From a virus: a stretch of 48,107 bases of DNA. Location: UHGV virus genome UHGV-0209651; one strand, 5' to 3'. The notes below the pieces were generated by a model that was not told the DNA's origin, did no database searches, and saw only the letters and a program-made list of their open reading frames with translations. Shown one piece after another: positions 17,840 to 25,862 of the stretch. Within the stretch, counting starts at the first letter, position 1. Each line of letters opens with the position of its first letter. Made by a program: the position numbers and the translations under genes.

Positions 17840-17945
17840 ATGATATGATAATGTACTAATGGTTCATCAATGTAAAGTACCAAAAGTACATTTTTGATTT
17901 GGTAATAGTTCATTTCAATGTAAGTCAATGAACTTAAAGTATATT
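17840..17945. promoter_or_regulatory. putative oL/pL operator-promoter region
   Basis: A very AT-rich block with repeated (A/G)GTTCAT / ATGAACT and GTAC motifs, including the inverted repeat AGTTCAT-N13-ATGAACT. The same GAACT/AGTTC motifs occur in the cI-cro intergenic region. Confidence 0.35.
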
Positions 17946-18036
17946 TATTTTGTGTTTTGTTTTTGGTAGGGGTTGTTTGGCTGTGGAGCTGGCACTGGAC
18001 GTGCTGATGCTGAGGGAAGAGTAGGGCAGTAATAAC

Positions 18037-18056
18037 CCGGCACGAGGCCGGGTTTT
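18037..18056. terminator. hairpin terminator (aacccggc-acga-gccgggtt, then TTTTGTT on the plus strand)
   Basis: An 8-bp GC-rich stem sitting between the cargo gene block and the oL-like region. Confidence 0.4.
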
Positions 18057-18057
18057 G

Positions 18058-18165
18058 TTACTGCTCGTTGTAATTTTTAGCGTTCGTTTTCTGAGGGGGT
18101 TGAGAGCTAAACTTCTGGTTTATAATTATTTTATAAGCGCTATCAAGAGCTTGTTTAACGGACAT
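18058..18165 (-). CDS. small ORF (35 aa) downstream of the cargo gene
   Basis: ORF not in the track. AGGAGA RBS at a 6-nt spacing. Confidence 0.3.
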   Translation of the reverse strand: MSVKQALDSAYKIIINQKFSSQPPQKTNAKNYNEQ

Positions 18166-18193
18166 TTGATTCTCCTAAAGTTGGTAACTGTTG

Positions 18194-19495
18194 TTAGCGT
18201 TTGAAAAAGTTAGAATTTAACTCTTTCGGGAAATAGTGCTTTCTTTTAACCCAAACAAAGCCATCTACTTTTGATAATACAGCAACATCGACTGGACCGC
18301 CAACAGTCTCATATTCATGAGATACTTTTCGTTTGAAAGCCGTTAGGTTAACCAAAGATTCCGCCATATATGCTAAGTCTGCCTTGCCAAGAGACTGAAG
18401 CATCGATGTCATCTTCTTGGTATGATTGTTTTCAATGTAACTGTTCAACTTATTATCGTAATCACTCATAATTAAATTTTTGAGTTGAGAAACTTCGGTT
18501 TTAAATTGACCTTCTAGTAGTTGATTGTTTAAACTCGGGTATATATTACTTTCAATAAAATTATTGAGTCTGTCGAATATTTCTTCGCTGAGTGTGTTGG
18601 TGAAAACATTAATGTTAGGGTTGCAACCATCAATAAATGTTAGCACTTCATCTTCTTGGGCGAATGGTATTACATATCCATTATTCGAAATATTATTGTG
18701 TGTTTTATCTTCAACGTATCTAAACATAATTCTGTCTTTGTATATGCCGAATACATGGAGTGTATTTATAGATGGGTAAAATTCATTATCACCGTAACCG
18801 GTGATGACTATACCTGAGTATGTCCGACTAGTGTGCACCTTACATATTAAATAAGAGGAATATAATATTATTTTGTCAATTAAATCTTCCTCTAAACTCT
18901 CAAAGTTATCAAGCACTATAACCGACGGGATTAATGGTTTTATTACATCTGAGATATATGTGATGATTTCGCCTAAGTCGCGCTCATCAAAACCTTCAAA
19001 GAAAGGGTTGTTTCGCAATGCGTTGATTTCATTATCAATTTGTTGTTTTACTATGCTTTGAAATATATTGTTATTTATGTTAGTTCCAGGGTTTAAAGTT
19101 AAATAGTTAACAATGTTGTTACTGTTAATGTGTTGCATCAACCCTTTTATATTATCTATAACTAAATTTATTACGCACGATTGGCGCATGCTGGGAGTTA
19201 TTAAGTCCTCGTTTTTATTGATGTAATGTAGGAAATCATGAACATAATCATTAACGGTACCAAATTTTTCGGTGCCAAGCTGCTTTCTATATGATTTTAT
19301 AATCAGTTCCCAGGGGGCTCCCCCTAGAGCAGCGTTATTATAAACCATAATCCCAACAGGGTGATGCTTTGATAGTTCAAACAGCTTTTCAGCGCTGTTA
19401 TTAATTTTTATAAGCCTATTGTGTTCAGTCGTAACAGCTGAATCAGCTGCTAGGGCGATCCCTGTGTTATTAATAACTACTATTTCAGCTGTCAT
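18194..19495 (-). CDS. AT-rich 433-aa cargo protein with a putative N-terminal Ntn-hydrolase (proteasome-beta/HslV-like) domain
   Basis: AGGGAG RBS. Very low GC and a codon usage unlike the rest of the phage. The N-terminus MTAEIVVINNTGIALAADSAVTTE..K..PVG matches the Thr1/Asp17/Lys~33/Gly47 spacing of proteasome-type Ntn hydrolases (pattern match from memory). Co-oriented with and downstream of cI. Confidence 0.6.
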   Translation of the reverse strand: MTAEIVVINNTGIALAADSAVTTEHNRLIKINNSAEKLFELSKHHPVGIMVYNNAALGGAPWELIIKSYRKQLGTEKFGTVNDYVHDFLHYINKNEDLITPSMRQSCVINLVIDNIKGLMQHINSNNIVNYLTLNPGTNINNNIFQSIVKQQIDNEINALRNNPFFEGFDERDLGEIITYISDVIKPLIPSVIVLDNFESLEEDLIDKIILYSSYLICKVHTSRTYSGIVITGYGDNEFYPSINTLHVFGIYKDRIMFRYVEDKTHNNISNNGYVIPFAQEDEVLTFIDGCNPNINVFTNTLSEEIFDRLNNFIESNIYPSLNNQLLEGQFKTEVSQLKNLIMSDYDNKLNSYIENNHTKKMTSMLQSLGKADLAYMAESLVNLTAFKRKVSHEYETVGGPVDVAVLSKVDGFVWVKRKHYFPKELNSNFFKR

Positions 19496-19791
19496 ACATT
19501 ACTCCCTTTCATCATAGATTTGTGGAAAGTCTAATCATTGTTGCGGAATCAACTCTACTCAAATGTGAAAGCCCATTAATAACAAGATATGGATCCAGAT
19601 TATTCAGATCACCTATTGCCACTTCTTCAACTCAAACCTCTTTTACAGGAAAATAATTGGAAATTTCCTTGGCGGGGCGATATTGGCTTTATCTCATTAA
19701 CCATTTGATTTTCCTTGTTAAATTGTGGCGGGCAAACGCCATTTTTCGTCTTTCTAGATCACCCAAACATCTCTTCAGGCCACTTGCTGGC

Positions 19792-19820
19792 TACCCATGC
19801 TTCCTGTACGTCTTCGGCAT
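19792..19820. repeat. 29-bp direct repeat, copy A (TACCCATGCTTCCTGTACGTCTtCGGCAT); copy B lies at 19995-20023 inside the cI 3' end
   Basis: 28 of 29 bases identical. The copies bracket the 40-aa membrane-peptide gene. Confidence 0.8.
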
Positions 19821-19848
19821 TACCAAAAACACATCGAACTACCGGTCT

Positions 19849-19971
19849 GGCTCACTCAAAGTCATCCCGCTCATCCCTTCGCTTGAAGAAAATCTTATCC
19901 AGCCTGAGCACTATCCCAACCAGTCCGATAATCAGTAAAGTAATGAGTATTGGGATAATCAGATCAGACAT
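19849..19971 (-). CDS. small membrane peptide (40 aa), immediately downstream of cI
   Basis: ORF not in the track. AGAGGAAGC RBS. MSDLIIPILITLLIIGLVGIVLRLDKIFFKRRDERDDFE. Starts 22 nt after the cI stop. Confidence 0.4.
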
Positions 19972-19993
19972 GCTTCCTCTGCGTGCTAAAGCT

Positions 19994-20716
19994 TTACCCA
20001 TGCTTCCTGTACGTCTGCGGCATGCTGCCGATCACCTTGCCGAACACGAACACCCGGTTCATCTCGTCTTTCTCGATCGGGTCCCAGGCTGCATAGCTCT
20101 TGTTATCTGAGATAACCAGCAGCTTGTCCTTCATCTTCTGCAGGCGCTTGACGTGAGCAGTGTCGTCGTACAGGAAGGCGTATATCCCGTCGCCGTCGAA
20201 GCTCTTAACGCTGATGTCGACGAACAGCAGATCACCCGGCTCAATCGTCCCAGACATGCTGTCGCCCCGGACGTTGATGATCCGGATGTTCTCAGCCTTA
20301 CGCCCATCGAACATGTGCCGGGCTTCCGCTGGCGCATACTCAACGGAGTGGAGAATCTCCACGAACTCCTGATTGATAATGCCTGGTCCAGCGCTAACCG
20401 TTATATCCAATAGGTCAATGCGAAAGACATCCTTAAGGGTTTGGGTTGCCTCTGTATCGATTCCGTCCTCATCGACATCACCGAGCAGATACGACGCTGA
20501 CGTACCAATGTGAGACGCCAGTGCTTTCAGCGTTCCGCGTCTTGGAATCGACTCTCCATTGAACCATTTGCTTACGGCCTTAGGGGTCAACTTCATCCTC
20601 TTGGCGATCTCAGCCTGTCGACCATGTGGTATCAATCCAGCTTTATCGCAGGCCAGCGCTAGCCTCTGAGAGAATTCTTTTCGCGCTCTTTCTTCATGAA
20701 CCATATGTTCAATCAT
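19994..20716 (-). CDS. cI: CI-type repressor (HTH-XRE plus S24 LexA-like peptidase domain)
   Basis: 240 aa. An N-terminal HTH and a C-terminal ...RGDSM...K autocleavage module. The ATG sits directly at a TATTAT element, so the transcript is probably leaderless as in lambda. Confidence 0.9.
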   Translation of the reverse strand: MIEHMVHEERARKEFSQRLALACDKAGLIPHGRQAEIAKRMKLTPKAVSKWFNGESIPRRGTLKALASHIGTSASYLLGDVDEDGIDTEATQTLKDVFRIDLLDITVSAGPGIINQEFVEILHSVEYAPAEARHMFDGRKAENIRIINVRGDSMSGTIEPGDLLFVDISVKSFDGDGIYAFLYDDTAHVKRLQKMKDKLLVISDNKSYAAWDPIEKDEMNRVFVFGKVIGSMPQTYRKHG

Positions 20717-20724
20717 AATATCAC

Positions 20725-20754
20725 TTGCGTGAACTATCAGTTCCGACTTAATAT
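20725..20754 (+). promoter_or_regulatory. putative PR promoter with an embedded operator (TTGCGT-N18-TAATAT; GAACTatcAGTTC palindrome in the spacer)
   Basis: Lies between the divergent cI and cro-like genes. A second AGTTCAT-containing site follows at 20755-20770. Confidence 0.4.
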
Positions 20755-20784
20755 GTACTTACAGTTCATTATTGAGGGTTAAAC

Positions 20785-21012
20785 ATGGCACCGAATAGTC
20801 TTGGCGAAATCATCAAAAAGATTCGGGTTCCTGTCGTAGCTGAAGCCTGTGGTTGCTCGCCGCGCGCAATTTACAAATGGATTGCTAACGGAAGCCTGCC
20901 GAGGACGGATTACACCGACGAAACCAACTACGCAGAAAAAATCGCTCTCGCTTCTGGCGGCCAGTTTACCGCTGCTCAGATCCGGGAAGTCAGCAAGCCT
21001 AAAGCCGCCTAA
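20785..21012 (+). CDS. Cro/YdaS-like HTH regulator
   Basis: 75 aa, divergent from cI. HTH ...VAEACGCSPRAIYKWIANG... Confidence 0.65.
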   Translation: MAPNSLGEIIKKIRVPVVAEACGCSPRAIYKWIANGSLPRTDYTDETNYAEKIALASGGQFTAAQIREVSKPKAA

Positions 21013-21051
21013 CCGGCGGTATTTCAATCAACACCAGAGGAAGTATCACAA

Positions 21052-21273
21052 ATGGAGAGTTCAACGACACGCAACAAAGTGGAGGCTCGCAGGATAGAAA
21101 GCTGGTTACACAGCCAGATAGCTGAACTGGGAACCACGAATATCGCCAAAGTGGCCGGAGTGAATAAGTCGACGGTGAGTCGCTGGCGGGAAAGCCTGCT
21201 GCCGAACATGTCGCTGCTGCTGGCCATCCTGATTTCTAACAGGCCGGGAGATAAAGGTGATTTTGAAGCATGA
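21052..21273 (+). CDS. cII: CII-like transcriptional activator
   Basis: Aligns with lambda CII through ...RIESxLxxxIAxLGTxxxAxxVGVxKSxxSRWxxxxxPxxSxLLAxL... Confidence 0.8.
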   Translation: MESSTTRNKVEARRIESWLHSQIAELGTTNIAKVAGVNKSTVSRWRESLLPNMSLLLAILISNRPGDKGDFEA

Positions 21274-21400
21274 GTGGAAACAGAAAGGCGAAAGCCGCAG
21301 TGCGCGAACACTAACGGCTTTCAGGTGCAAAAACGAAGAGGTAATTGCGAGGTAATTATGCCTGGTAAATCTGTAAGAGTAAACAACCCGGAGGTAGCAC

Positions 21401-22135
21401 GTGAGCATGTCACTTATGGCGAAAGCAATGGGGGTCAAAGTGGGAAACTCACTGCGTAAGCTCGTTCTTATCAAGCTGGCCGACAACGCCAACGACAAGG
21501 GCGAATGCTGGCCTTCGTATCAACACATTGCCGATCAGTGCGAATGCAGCAAGTCTGCTGTTCGCAACCATATTGATGCGCTTGAGGATATGGGGCTAAT
21601 CAAGCGTGAAAATCGCGTTGGGGTCAACAACGGGAAGGGTAATACATCCAACGTGTATTATCTGAACCTTGATGTCACCCCTATGCCACCAAAAAGCACA
21701 GGGGTATGCCATGAAATAGCACCCCCTATGCCATCTGATGGCACACCCCCTATGCCACCAGATGGCACCAGAACCAGTCACTCTTTTGAACCAGTCACTG
21801 AACCAGACTCTCTCTCTGCGCGAGGGCAGTTTATCAGCGAGGCTGCAAAGCGACGGATCGGGATTTCACCCAACGGGGAAATACCTTTCCCTCCTGCCTT
21901 CAAGCCACTGGCAGATCACATTGCGATTGCCTCGGAGAAAGGGATCAACATTGAAACCGAGTTGCTGAACTTTCGTGATTATCACCAGGCCCGCGGCACA
22001 AAGCTGATCGACTGGAACTCGGCATTCCGGGTATGGCTCAGGAACGCGAGAGTTAATCCGCTTTCCGGGCGCCAGAGAAGCGAACCGGATTCCCCACACT
22101 GGAACAGCCCTGAAGGCTGGAAGGACTTCATATGA
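21401..22135 (+). CDS. replication initiator (lambda O-like, HTH_36-type N-terminus)
   Basis: A GTG at 21401 or ATG at 21407 after GGAGGT. The N-terminal wHTH ...CWPSYQHIADQCECSKSAVRNHIDALEDMGLIKRE... and a Pro-rich linker resemble lambda O. Confidence 0.75.
   Translation: MSMSLMAKAMGVKVGNSLRKLVLIKLADNANDKGECWPSYQHIADQCECSKSAVRNHIDALEDMGLIKRENRVGVNNGKGNTSNVYYLNLDVTPMPPKSTGVCHEIAPPMPSDGTPPMPPDGTRTSHSFEPVTEPDSLSARGQFISEAAKRRIGISPNGEIPFPPAFKPLADHIAIASEKGINIETELLNFRDYHQARGTKLIDWNSAFRVWLRNARVNPLSGRQRSEPDSPHWNSPEGWKDFI
21675..21770 (+). repeat. four TATGCCA-containing direct repeats spaced about 24 bp apart inside the O-like gene (candidate ori iterons)
   Basis: Copies at about 21681, 21705, 21728 and 21752, with TGCCA-N5-TGGCA dyads (tgccatctgatggca, tgccaccagatggca). 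Confidence 0.4.
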
Positions 22136-22908
22136 CCGCACAGCTTATGACCGCGATCGGCAATCGCGATGGTGATGCGCTGGCCAGAATGGCTGCAGGG
22201 CGTGCGGAGCCACAGCGGCTTCTCGATTTCGAAGCTGAAAGACTGGTTGATTCTCTGTTCCGTCAGCTGAAGCAGATCTTCCCGGCGTCTACCCAGACTA
22301 ACCTGCGGACCGACGCCGAAGAGAAGACAGCGAAGCGCCAGTGGATTGCCGCTTTTGCCGAAAACGGAATCCGCACCCGCGAGCAGTTATCCGCAGGAGT
22401 GCGACATGCGAGAGCCAGCGAATCGCCGTTCTGGCCATCGCCGGGCCAGTTCATCAAGTGGTGCAAGGACAGCGGCACCGTGCTGGGAGTGACTCTTGTC
22501 GACGTGATGAACGAGTTCCACCGTTACAGCCGTGAAAAAGGGCTGCATACCGGCGGTGCTGAGCGCTTCCCGTGGTCTCACCCTGTCATGTACTGGGTTG
22601 TTACCGATACCCGGCGAGCAATGTACCAGCGCCAGCTCAGCGAGGCAGAAACCGAGAAATATGCCGCTAAAAAGCTGGAAGACTGGGCGCTGAAAGTCGC
22701 CGCCGGAGAACAAATACCGTCGCCGGTACTGGCTCTGGAGAACAACCAGGAAGCTATTCCGACAAACCATGTCAGCCGTCAGCAGGGGTTTCACCCTGAA
22801 GGCAAAAGCTTCGGATGTATGCCAAGCGCGGCATCGCTCGGCGCGTTAACTCCGGCTCAGTGGCTGCGGGATGAATACCTGCGCGGGAAAGAGAGAGGGC
22901 TTATCTGA
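22132..22908 (+). CDS. lambda P-like replication protein (DnaB helicase loader)
   Basis: Clear similarity to lambda P: ...FPAS..., ...RQWIAAFAENGIRTREQLSAGVRHAR..., ...PFWPSPGQFIKWC.... ATGA overlap with the O-like gene. Confidence 0.85.
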   Translation: MTAQLMTAIGNRDGDALARMAAGRAEPQRLLDFEAERLVDSLFRQLKQIFPASTQTNLRTDAEEKTAKRQWIAAFAENGIRTREQLSAGVRHARASESPFWPSPGQFIKWCKDSGTVLGVTLVDVMNEFHRYSREKGLHTGGAERFPWSHPVMYWVVTDTRRAMYQRQLSEAETEKYAAKKLEDWALKVAAGEQIPSPVLALENNQEAIPTNHVSRQQGFHPEGKSFGCMPSAASLGALTPAQWLRDEYLRGKERGLI

Positions 22909-23210
22909 TGAAAAAGAACTCGGGCAAACAAGCCGTTATTAACTTCATCGGCCAGCATCCAGGCTGCAGCTTTCAGGATATCCGCCGCGGTACCGGCCTT
23001 GACTCTTCAGTGGTCAATTCCTCCCTGTGGCAGATGCACCGTGACGGCCAGGTTAAGCGAGAAGGTGAGTGCAGGAGCTACCGCTACACCCTGATTGACA
23101 CAACAGCCGTAACCGAAAGCGATCCGTCTGTTCAGTATCGCCAGCGTCCTGGCGGCGTAAACCCAATGACCAACCTTTTTAACCAGTGCCTGGCGGGAGT
23201 AAGAAAATGA
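22908..23210 (+). CDS. hypothetical protein
   Basis: 100-aa ORF, coupled to its neighbours. Confidence 0.45.
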   Translation: MKKNSGKQAVINFIGQHPGCSFQDIRRGTGLDSSVVNSSLWQMHRDGQVKREGECRSYRYTLIDTTAVTESDPSVQYRQRPGGVNPMTNLFNQCLAGVRK

Positions 23211-23626
23211 ACATCGAAACAGTAAAAGAGCTCATCGCCTCCCTGGAGAGCGCAGGCGAGCCGTCGATAAGAGAGCAGACGTTCCTGAAGCTGGCGAAAG
23301 CATACCAGCAACTGGCTGCGGAGAATGTGGCGCTGAAAAAATCAGCGCCGGCACCGTTCAGTAAGCTGATGATGGAAGCGCTTGATACTTATCATTCGAA
23401 AGCTGACGACGTGCCTGAGTTGGCCATGCTGAGCGCATACGTAAAACTGCGCGATGGGCTAAAAACCCCCGCCACCGATCGCATCGTAGCCGGAATTAAG
23501 GCTGATGGGGTGGAAGAGTTTGCAGCGCATCTTCGCGCTAATGATAACGGGGCATCAGTTTGCAAAATGATTGCGCTCGGAGCCGAGGATTTCGCCAAGC
23601 AACTGCGCGAGGGGGCCGGGAAATGA
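23207..23626 (+). CDS. hypothetical protein
   Basis: ATG at 23207 (GGGAG RBS) overlapping the previous stop. The track ORF starts at a GTG at 23186. Confidence 0.45.
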   Translation: MNIETVKELIASLESAGEPSIREQTFLKLAKAYQQLAAENVALKKSAPAPFSKLMMEALDTYHSKADDVPELAMLSAYVKLRDGLKTPATDRIVAGIKADGVEEFAAHLRANDNGASVCKMIALGAEDFAKQLREGAGK

Positions 23627-23898
23627 GCATCGCCACTTATCTCAATACCGGTTTAGCCCTTCTGGGGTGGGTATACATCATGGTTAAAACAGGCCAGTGG
23701 ATTACCAAAAATGCTCTGAGGCAGTGGGACAAGCGTCGTAAGGAGTCTCGCCGCCAGAAAGCTGTGAATGAGTTTTATGACGCCTTTGAGCTTAACAGCC
23801 TGGAGCCTGGCTCTACCGTTCGCCTGGCCACTAAAGGCGACCTGACAATCATGATGTTCCGCAGCGAGGGGACGACAAATGATAACCAGGACTACTAA
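23623..23898 (+). CDS. small membrane protein (91 aa)
   Basis: ATGA overlap with the previous gene. One TM helix (LALLGWVYIMV). Confidence 0.45.
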   Translation: MSIATYLNTGLALLGWVYIMVKTGQWITKNALRQWDKRRKESRRQKAVNEFYDAFELNSLEPGSTVRLATKGDLTIMMFRSEGTTNDNQDY

Positions 23899-23988
23899 CT
23901 ATGACGATGTTCCTGATGTTCTCTGCGCCTTTTGCGGCGGTTATTACAAAGCCGACGATCCGGAAAGTCACGAATGTGAGGATGCAGC

Positions 23989-24375
23989 ATGACTGATATC
24001 ACCGAACTGGCGCAGAGGTTAAAACTTGAGGTCCATCGCGCGGTAAGCAATTTCAACCCTCAGATGAATATTAAAACCAGAGACCTAAAGGAGCTGGTAG
24101 AGGCGCTGGAGAAGGCGAAGGGGAGCGAGGAGTTGCAGGCACGCATCGCCGAGCTGGAAGAAAGCAACGCTCAGGTCATCCAGTCACGCGACCACTACAA
24201 ACGCATGACCGAGGAAGGGTTAAAGCAGTTGGCGGAGGCCCGCACCGTGAAGCTGCCAGACTTAAGGCAGATTGTATCTGGGGACAGATATGTCTGGTCT
24301 GATGGTGTTTATAACTACAGCCAGGACGTAAAGGTAGTGCTGGCCGCCGCTGGCATCAAGGTGGAGGATGAGTGA
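23989..24375 (+). CDS. hypothetical coiled-coil protein
   Basis: 128-aa ORF. Confidence 0.45.
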   Translation: MTDITELAQRLKLEVHRAVSNFNPQMNIKTRDLKELVEALEKAKGSEELQARIAELEESNAQVIQSRDHYKRMTEEGLKQLAEARTVKLPDLRQIVSGDRYVWSDGVYNYSQDVKVVLAAAGIKVEDE

Positions 24376-24755
24376 TGGCACTGACCAAAAAACAGCGCGC
24401 AGAACTGCGCATGAAGTTTGGCGGGCGCTGCGCTTACTGTGGCTGTGAGCTTGGCGATAAATGGCACGCTGACCACGTCGAAGCAGTACGAAGGAATATC
24501 AGTAACGGCTACGCAATGGACAGACCAGAAAACGACACTGTCAGCAACATGGTTCCGGCATGCATACCCTGCAACCTGTTCAAAATGTGCAGCACGGTTG
24601 AGGATTTTCGCAATCGTATTGCAACTCAGGTCGATGTGACTCGCCGGGCATCGAGAAGCTACCGCACCGCAGAATCATTCGGCTTAGTTCAACCAACTCA
24701 CGCGCCGGTGGTGTTCTGGTTCGAAAAGTATCAGGCAGAAGGAGCCAACCAATGA
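24372..24755 (+). CDS. HNH endonuclease
   Basis: CAYCGC...HADHV...CIPCN pattern (an HNH zinc-finger nuclease). Confidence 0.7.
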   Translation: MMALTKKQRAELRMKFGGRCAYCGCELGDKWHADHVEAVRRNISNGYAMDRPENDTVSNMVPACIPCNLFKMCSTVEDFRNRIATQVDVTRRASRSYRTAESFGLVQPTHAPVVFWFEKYQAEGANQ

Positions 24756-25753
24756 CCAAATCAACCATAACCAGAGAGCGCCTGGAAGAAATTGTCAGCG
24801 ACCCAATGATTAATCAGGGTAGCGAGTTTGCGATGATGGCCCGCATGGCGCTGGCCGCAATGGACAGCGAGCCTCACACAGACGACGAATTATCTAATTT
24901 GCTGTGGTACTCACAAGAGGCCGCCTGTCATTCTGACCCGAACTACTACTGTGAATTTCAGCGTCTGGCAACGCCCGGATTAATTGCCGGTATAATTCGT
25001 GAGCTACATGAACGCCGCAAGGTCGACAGCGAGCCGGTGGCGATAATTGACCAGGCTAACCTTGACTACCTCCGAAGTGGTGCTGATGCCGATGTGTGGC
25101 CTCCTGAGCGCGAAGAGATGGGAGATGTGCTTCTCTATCGCCACCCGCAGCCAGCGCCGGTAGTGCCGGAGGAAAAACCAATTCCAAATACACTGAGCAT
25201 GTACGCCGTGGATGCAGTAGCAGCCATCGCAGAGGTGAAGGGCTGGAACGCCTGCCGCGCCGCCATGCTACAGGCTGGCAACCATCCGGCGCAATCCGAT
25301 TTCTGCCCGGCGCAAAACAGCATCAATCCGGCGCAAGGCGGCAACTCTCTGGTAATTCCTGATGAGATGACATCAGGGCAGGCATATGAAATAGGATATT
25401 ACTATGGAGACCCAGTAGACGTGTTTGCGCGTGGGGCTAACTGGATGCGCCAGCATATCATCGACTCCACATTAGCAGCCGCCCCGCAGTCACCCGGCAG
25501 TGAGCCGGCCACCGTGCCGGGTAGCTGGATTCCGGTAAGCGAGAGGATGCCGGAAGTTGGCGACATCGTGCTTACCGCAATGGGAGGGGTAGTTAACGTT
25601 GGCGAAACGGAGTGCTCTGCTGCAAATTGTCGTTTCTTCACGTCAGTTATTTCCGGTAGAGAGTTACCGGCGACTCACTGGATGCCGCTGCCGGCAGCGC
25701 CACAGGAGCCAAGCCTCGCCTGCATATCAAAGCGCAGCCAGCATCTAAGTTAA
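24752..25753 (+). CDS. hypothetical protein with a DUF551-like C-terminus
   Basis: 333 aa. The C-terminal ...WIPVSERMPEVGDIVL...THWMPLP resembles DUF551 phage proteins (from memory). Confidence 0.45.
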   Translation: MTKSTITRERLEEIVSDPMINQGSEFAMMARMALAAMDSEPHTDDELSNLLWYSQEAACHSDPNYYCEFQRLATPGLIAGIIRELHERRKVDSEPVAIIDQANLDYLRSGADADVWPPEREEMGDVLLYRHPQPAPVVPEEKPIPNTLSMYAVDAVAAIAEVKGWNACRAAMLQAGNHPAQSDFCPAQNSINPAQGGNSLVIPDEMTSGQAYEIGYYYGDPVDVFARGANWMRQHIIDSTLAAAPQSPGSEPATVPGSWIPVSERMPEVGDIVLTAMGGVVNVGETECSAANCRFFTSVISGRELPATHWMPLPAAPQEPSLACISKRSQHLS

Positions 25754-25862
25754 AACATGATCTCACTTGAGTATTTTTATTTTTAGCAACGCTATTATAG
25801 GGTGTTTTCTAAAGTAGGGAACACCCTGAATTTTTATATAAATCAAAGGAATAAGCATAATC

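Noticed and set aside
17459-17843. Plus-strand ORFs 17459-17650 and 17550-17843, and a 57-aa minus ORF (17579-17752), in the gap before the early-left operon.
   Set aside because: No ribosome-binding sites and random-looking composition. The region more plausibly holds pL and nut-type signals. No N-like Arg-rich ORF was found.
19657-20110. Plus-strand ORFs 19657-19938 and 19715-20110.
   Set aside because: They are antisense to the 40-aa peptide gene and the cI 3' end and have no translation signals.
21274-21459. 61-aa ORF bridging the cII-O intergenic region.
   Set aside because: It spans a promoter and ribosome-binding-site region and overlaps the better-supported O-like start.
23879-23996. 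Alternative small ORFs (31-37 aa, one Cys/His-rich) between 23879 and 23996.
   Set aside because: Two overlapping frames of similar length, neither with a clear ribosome-binding site, so no call could be made.
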